Below are positions 35,361 through 41,076 of a DNA stretch of 41,076 nucleotides, piece by piece (the first letter of the stretch is position 1; each line of letters begins with the position of its first letter). A program made the translations under genes and the position numbers. The notes below the pieces were generated by a model, which was not told the DNA's origin, ran no database searches, and saw only the letters and a program-made list of their open reading frames with translations. This DNA comes from Seison nebaliae (taxonomy: Eukaryota): positions 1 to 41,076 of the forward strand of contig JALJEE010000267.1 of assembly GCA_023231475.1 (NCBI GenBank), written 5' to 3'.

Positions 35361-35822
35361 TCAATGGTACAATGCATATTTGTGATGTTCTTCAATTGAA
35401 TAAGAGAAATTGAATAAAGTGAATTAAAGAATGAAAAATTAACTTCGATGTGGATATTCTTTAAATATGTATACACCAACAAATGCTAAAAAAGCGAATT
35501 GATATATTGGCGCTAAAGTTATACGTTTTGGGAACAAATATTTCATTCTCCATCTCCATACGCCTATTGATTAGTTAGTATTGATTACTACCAAACTAAA
35601 TAACAAACCTCTGTCGATTACTTGAAGTGTCGGTGTTACACCTTTATTCCGACGAGCGATCCAATCAGGAATCTCACCTAATTTAACTTCGGAAAATTTG
35701 ACATCTTTTTTACCATAAAATTTTGAAGGATCATAAGGTCCATGAATTTTTGGATTATATCCTTTCGGATAATATTTCCACGATTCCGTCAATTTTTCAA
35801 ATGCGTCAAACACAGAGTTCAT
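35361..35822 (-). CDS. ATP5MF: Mitochondrial ATP synthase subunit f, 3 exons
   Basis: Exons 35822-35609, 35563-35444 and 35389-35361. YPKGYNPKIHGPYDPSKFYGKKD...EVKLGE...WIARR...WRWRMKY..PK...YH* is the invertebrate subunit f (WRW family) signature. Confidence 0.95.
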
Positions 35823-36756
35823 TTTTCGATCAATTTAAATTCTGCAATAAAATTTTATTGCTAAATGAGCCTTTCTTTTAAGTTGTACATGCGTTGATAT
35901 CTTTTCTGTTTGACATGCTATTTCGATTAGTGAATATAAACTCATCATTCAATAAAAATTTAAATCTACTCACATATCACTTTTATGATACACTCTCACA
36001 TTTATATGTGATCTGACAATATGTATAAATAATATTCTTCTGATAGTTATGAAGATTCATTGGATTGCCATTTCATGTTGAGTACATTGTTTTATTGTTT
36101 GAATAGTTATTATGAATAATACAATTATTATTGTAAAGATACTACACTTCACTAATCTTGTAAAATCGATCAAAATTCTGTTCAGTTCTATTTCTTTTCA
36201 AAACTCAACTGAACATTCATCAGAGTTCGTTAAATTCACACAGACCAATTCAGAAAATATTTGAGCGTTACAGGAATCGAGGAACTTAATCCGATTGATT
36301 CATCCGATATATCTTCTTGGATCCGATCAATTGGATGTACCTCTTCTCGTTATCGACGTTTCTAAGACATTTAATATCAAGGTGGACCTCTTGACCATTT
36401 TCCGACCATCACCTCCGACCTATTTACGACCAATTTTAATTTGTTTACTATTCCGTCTGCTATTTAACTTTTTCATATTATACTAATATTTCTCTAATCG
36501 ATTTCAAACATTTCATCTCTTTCATTTCTCTTATGATACGGCATTAACTCTACCGATCCACCATGGATCTTTCTTCTGACGTTTGGACTATATATTTAAA
36601 ATACTGCCATATCTACGATGTTTCGTTTATACCAGTGGACGATAAAATTTATTTCATTATTTATAGTTTATCCGGACAAGATTTTTAAATATAATAATAA
36701 TAATATGCCAAATATACGAAGCATGATGAAATATTCATAGCAATCAATTATGTAAA

Positions 36757-37836
36757 TTATTTTCCAACACCAGTTCCACAATCACAAAATTTTTTCCAAC
36801 ATTTACAACCTGAAGGGCAAGCACTGCAAGCTTTACCTTTTTTATATGGTGTCGAAGTACTACCTTGTCCACGATAATAATTACAAATAATATAAGCCCC
36901 ATTTGAACAAGTTGCTTCTCCGCAACCTACTCTTGTTGTAAACGCCTGAACAATTTGAGTATAATGACCGACCATTCTCCCGCCTGAATTAGTACCATAA
37001 CGAAAATCTTTTTTCTCACTTATGAATGCATCAATCATTGTTAATGTTTTCGATTGTCTAGTATCGCTATGGTAGGCTAAATTTTGACCAACTATACCCT
37101 GATATAATGGTTCCTTCCTTTGATCGTACTGATCATGGTTATCATTACAGGTTGCGGCATATCGTTCAGCTGTCTGTTCTAAATTTAAATCGTAGTACAT
37201 TCGTCTCATATCTGATGAAGATAGTATTTCACGTTGTTTCATATGGGCTTCTACAATTTTCAAGCGAACATCATCTGTATATGCTACATTTTTACGGAAG
37301 TTAGATGAAACTCTGGCACATGCGGAATGACGACCACTAAATCTCGAGTCTGCACAACCACTTTTTTTAAATGCTTTTTTCTTACCTACAATATTTTCAT
37401 TAGCACTGCCAATCCCACCACTGCCATCACTACCACCTGTTCCACCACTACCACCTGTTCCACCACTTCCACCACTACCACCTGTTCCACCACTCCCACC
37501 TGGTTCTCCAATGGAACCTATGTCACCACTGCCACCTGTACCACCATTACCGTCGTTCCCATCTGTACTGCCGCTGTCTCCAATATCATCGTTCCCACCA
37601 TTGTCATTTTCACCTTTTTTACTCATAACAGCAAATGGAATTATAATTATAAGACCCAACATTATATATATTATTGATATATCCATTACTAACAAAACTG
37701 CCTTATCAAATGGATCGTTCCTACTGAATACAATCTTATGTGTCCTGAAAAAACCATATCTTTTAAATCCATAAGTTAATCTTTTGTATTGTCTCTTGCT
37801 TGTTTCTTTAAAGTTGTAACTTCTCCACCGAACCAT
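36757..37836 (-). CDS. CAP/SCP (CRISP/venom allergen-like) protein with an N-terminal TM segment and Gly-rich linker
   Basis: IVEAH...R, MYYDLNLEQTA, GQNLAY, GHYTQIV, VGCG...C...YIICNY and PYKKGKACSACP. TM at ~aa 46-70; GGT/GGS repeats. Confidence 0.9.
   Translation of the reverse strand: MVRWRSYNFKETSKRQYKRLTYGFKRYGFFRTHKIVFSRNDPFDKAVLLVMDISIIYIMLGLIIIIPFAVMSKKGENDNGGNDDIGDSGSTDGNDGNGGTGGSGDIGSIGEPGGSGGTGGSGGSGGTGGSGGTGGSDGSGGIGSANENIVGKKKAFKKSGCADSRFSGRHSACARVSSNFRKNVAYTDDVRLKIVEAHMKQREILSSSDMRRMYYDLNLEQTAERYAATCNDNHDQYDQRKEPLYQGIVGQNLAYHSDTRQSKTLTMIDAFISEKKDFRYGTNSGGRMVGHYTQIVQAFTTRVGCGEATCSNGAYIICNYYRGQGSTSTPYKKGKACSACPSGCKCWKKFCDCGTGVGK
37412..37560 (-). repeat. 9/18-bp coding tandem repeat encoding (GGS/GGT)n
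   Basis: Repeated CCACCACTACCACCTGTT-like units on the + strand within the CAP gene. Confidence 0.8.
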
Positions 37837-39432
37837 TTAATATTTAAAGTTAAAGATATTTATTATATATTAATTATGAGAAACAAATTTCAATTTTAAA
37901 CAATTAAATTCCTTAAATAACCAAATAATCGTAAAAATTCGAATTGTCTACAGATTGGGTTGTCTGATTAGGGTTACTGACAAAGTTTATCTGCTGTCCA
38001 ACTCTCATTCATCATGAGCAACTTTGAAATAAATGCACTAGGGATAACATATGTTGCCTCAATTAGGAATTCACCATCCAATAATGTTTCTATAAGGTTT
38101 CTATTAGATATTTCGTTTCAAAATCACTGATACGATATACCCTTTCATACAAAAATTCTATTTCTAATGCTAAATTCACTAAATCTCCAAGTTTTAATTC
38201 TTATTTATTTTTCGTTACTTTCGCTTTTCTTATTTGTTATTTTTTGTTTAGTCGATATTTCTTCCAATTGTAGTGTTCGATGCTAACAATTCAAAAAAGG
38301 CATTATATTATAAAATTGGTCGTGGAAATGTAAGTTTCTACCGATCGAATGACAAATAAGAGAAAAGTAAAAAAAGAAGATTAATCAAAAACTAACTAAT
38401 ACAATCTCTTTCTGTAAAAAAAAAAAAATTATTCCAATAAAAAGGAATTCAATGGATACAACACTAATAAGGGAACATCCAGTTTTAAGAGATGAAAAAC
38501 ATTAAAAAATTCTATGAGATCTTATAGAACATTAATTAAAAAAATTTTTGGTGCAATGAAAGTGTTATTTAGCACACATATTGAATTATGCAATTTATTG
38601 TGGAAATTGGAAACCCAATCGTTTCCAAAAAATGTTCCTCACGTTTTCAACGATACTCAACGGATCACAAACAAGATCATGAATTACACTAAAAAATAAA
38701 TCAAAATCTTCATTATCGTCAGAGAATTGATTATTCAACATCGAGATTGGTTAACTGGAATCATGAGAAGCAATAAAGGTGGAATTTTTTAACGATTCGT
38801 TTATTTCATGCATATCCTCATCGGATGGAACTAAATTTGCATAACCTAATTCTGAATTAACATCAGTTTCTTGAAGAAATGATTTAATTTCTTTTCTTAA
38901 CGATGATAATGGTTTTACCACGATTTTGTTTATAAACCAACCATCAGAGAAGAACGAGAATCTCCTTGTTCCACCTCCATTCCATTAGGGAGAATAAGAT
39001 CCTTCACAATTCGATGGTGTATATTTCAACATGTTCACCGATTCTACTGATGTAAACGTTCTCGATGGTCCTGGACGTACGAGGAAGAAAACAGAATCTC
39101 CATTCAGTTCCCATTTCATCCAAAATCCTTCTTTTTCTCTTTTTTTCTCCGATATTAAGATACGATTAATCACACCGATAATGAAGATTTAGTTATGAGA
39201 ATCGAGATATAATTGTCAATTGAACTTTCCGGAAAATATTCTGCTAATAAGAAAATTATTAGTAAATGGAATATACATTGATGTATAAAACACTGAATAT
39301 TTAAATTTAATTTACAATTAAAAGAACCTTATTTTCCGATTAAATCTTATTTTGTTCAGTGAAATTTCTCCCTAAACCTGTCAGTCGAAGAATACCAATC
39401 ACCTTTTTCTTATCACGTACAACACTTCCCCT

Positions 39433-40020
39433 TTATCGACGATATCTTCTAATTGTCTTCCTACCTGCTCGTGTAGTATGACTCTTGGTATCCAGAACCA
39501 TATCTGACAAGTGGATAATTTCGATTTCTTCATCATTCGTATTCAGACTACTAATTTCGATGTTACCATTGCCGATGACTTTGGTAACTTTGTACCTACC
39601 GGAATAGATTGGCATTAGTTTTTTCGAGACTTAATCCCGAATTGACTTGTAAAATTTCTTCTTTCGCATGATGTCCCGTTCGTTAATTTCGTGACACAAT
39701 TTGGAATCACGTTTTTCGTTCGCATAACTAATAAATTTGTCGGTGTCGGTTCTTAAATTCCCTTGAGCCGTCCGCAACAAGTCGTTAAACTCGATGGAGT
39801 TCCAATTGGAAGATACGTTATCCAATCATTGAAAATATATGGAAGGGAATTTAATATTCATGTTAAAAATTAAGTCATTTGGTGTTACTCCGATAGACTT
39901 GTTCGCATAATTGTTAATTGAGAACCGAATATACGGGATACATTTATCCCAGTTCAGTTGATTGTCATTCGATAATATTCTTAACATCTCAGCGATAGTT
40001 CTGTTCATTGGTTCAGCTTT
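39433..40020 (-). mobile_element. Ty3/Gypsy integrase C-terminal half, with in-frame stops
   Basis: AEPMNRTIAEMLR...WDKCIPYIRFSINN...SIGVTPNDLIF, then KLMPIYSGRYKVTKV...IIHLSDM (GPY/F-module-like). Confidence 0.85.
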
Positions 40021-40206
40021 TAATTTTTAAATTAACACATTTGTTACATTTTCCCGTGTAACTGTTCCTCTTGTCAGTGGACTGAGTATGTGAAGGCGGT
40101 TGGAATATGAAAATCAAAAAGAAAGCATATATGCACACATTTTGACAATCGTGTTTTTCATATCTTTTATTTCTTCACAATAAATCTTCAATGTCGACAG
40201 CACGAC

Positions 40207-40572
40207 ATGGCGTCCCTGGGAAATACCACGGAGAAATATGACCGATCAATTTTATACTGTGGAGTACCGCTTTACATGATAGATAAAAGTGAGTTGGAGC
40301 TAATCACCGACGAATTGGAAATCGATCGAGTGGGAAATTTAGCCAAACGGGAACTCATTTCGCTAATCTTATCAAATTTGAATTCTTCTGTTGAACTTCC
40401 AACGAAATTCAAGCGACCACTGAATATCGATATGACTAGTATTGATAATATGATCAGAGAAGAAGTTGTCAAAAAACAAGTTCAACAGCGCCAGAGAATG
40501 TTCAGGACCGTTTTGGAAGGATTTCGTCAGTTAAGAGGAACATTAGACATATTCAGGCGAAGCAGGAAGTGA
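40207..40572 (+). other. 121-aa ORF among transposon debris, possibly a gag-like N-terminal fragment
   Basis: ATG-initiated helical ORF upstream of a same-strand integrase; no diagnostic motif. Confidence 0.3.
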
Positions 40573-40619
40573 GCTTTCCAGAAGGAGCAGTCGTGCATTG
40601 TGAAGAGTTTGTTTCATAT

Positions 40620-40724
40620 TTCAATGTAAGAATTAGAGATCAAATTCCGACGAATATACATTTATTCGCGGATGGAACTTTCGATAGGGCTCCATTAGGA
40701 TATTATCAGTTGTATGTAACTTAA
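40620..40724 (+). mobile_element. MULE (Mutator) transposase DDE fragment
   Basis: LFADGTFDRAPLGYYQLYV matches the MULE motif DGTF...P...YQLY. Confidence 0.75.
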
Positions 40725-41076
40725 ATCACTTAACCCGTTCGATGTCGTTGAAGTAGATATATTTGGACCGCTGCCTAAATCACCATCACAAAATCGATAT
40801 GTGTTAACAGTATGTGACAAAATGATTCGATATCTGCAACTATATCCAATGAAATCAATCGACCACGACTCAATTTGGGGAGCTTTTTGCCGTTGGATAT
40901 GTAATTATGGAGCTCCAAGAAATCTAATTTCGGACGCAGGTACGCAATTCACATCGAAACAGTTTAAAATGTTGTGTGTCACTAATGGAATTCGATTACA
41001 TAATGCCACAAGATCACAACATCAAACAATTGGACAAGTGGAAAGAAATCACCTGACAATTGGAAGAATTCTGGCA
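40725..41076 (+). mobile_element. Ty3/Gypsy integrase catalytic core (rve), runs off the window end
   Basis: PFDVVEVDIFGPLP...RYVLTVCD...YGAPRNLISDAGTQFTS...QTIGQVERNH contains the D-D-E triad. Confidence 0.92.

Noticed and set aside
36050..36600. Possible transposase remnant
   Set aside because: The composition looks like decayed coding sequence, but I could not find a diagnostic motif.
12677..37774. Many short antisense or overlapping ORFs in the track (e.g. 12677-13054, 31926-32249, 37327-37677)
   Set aside because: They are shadows of real genes on the opposite strand or of low-complexity repeats, with no independent motifs.
1045..37836. Non-standard genetic code suggested by the fragmented ORFs
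   Set aside because: All breaks in conserved genes are explained by short introns, and long ORFs end in ordinary TAA/TGA stops.
40620..41076. MULE-integrase fusion protein
   Set aside because: The two pieces are in different frames with stops at the junction, so this is juxtaposed debris.

Overview
AT-rich, gene-dense eukaryotic DNA, most likely from a compact-genome invertebrate animal (inferred from spliceosomal introns and metazoan-type orthologs). There is no prokaryotic, CRISPR or RNA-gene content. Recognisable genes: a DUF4140/DUF4139 (F37C4.5-like) protein, a divergent Aurora-like kinase, RBM19/Mrd1, eRF3, NUDT19, two tandem MTHFSD-like paralogs, a 16-exon EF-hand/WD40 WDR49-like gene, a SIKE/FGFR1OP2-like protein, ATP synthase subunit f and a membrane-anchored CAP/SCP protein. 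They are interleaved with decayed LINE, Ty3/Gypsy, Tc1/mariner, hAT and MULE fragments. The most notable observations are: (1) a shifted splice code, with 30 of 33 hand-reconstructed introns starting GTT rather than GTR, 13 of 33 ending AAG and 28 of 33 being 41-61 nt long; (2) an orphan 604-aa ORF with recognisable USP-type Cys and His boxes; (3) an Aurora-like kinase with Asp at the activation-loop phosphosite, no Gly-loop and a ~160-aa insert; (4) a 7-exon secreted Cys-rich gene missed by the ORF track; (5) tandem RRM-less MTHFSD copies with an altered ATP loop. I cannot establish a wholly new multi-gene system from the sequence alone. All family assignments come from motif recognition, not database searches.
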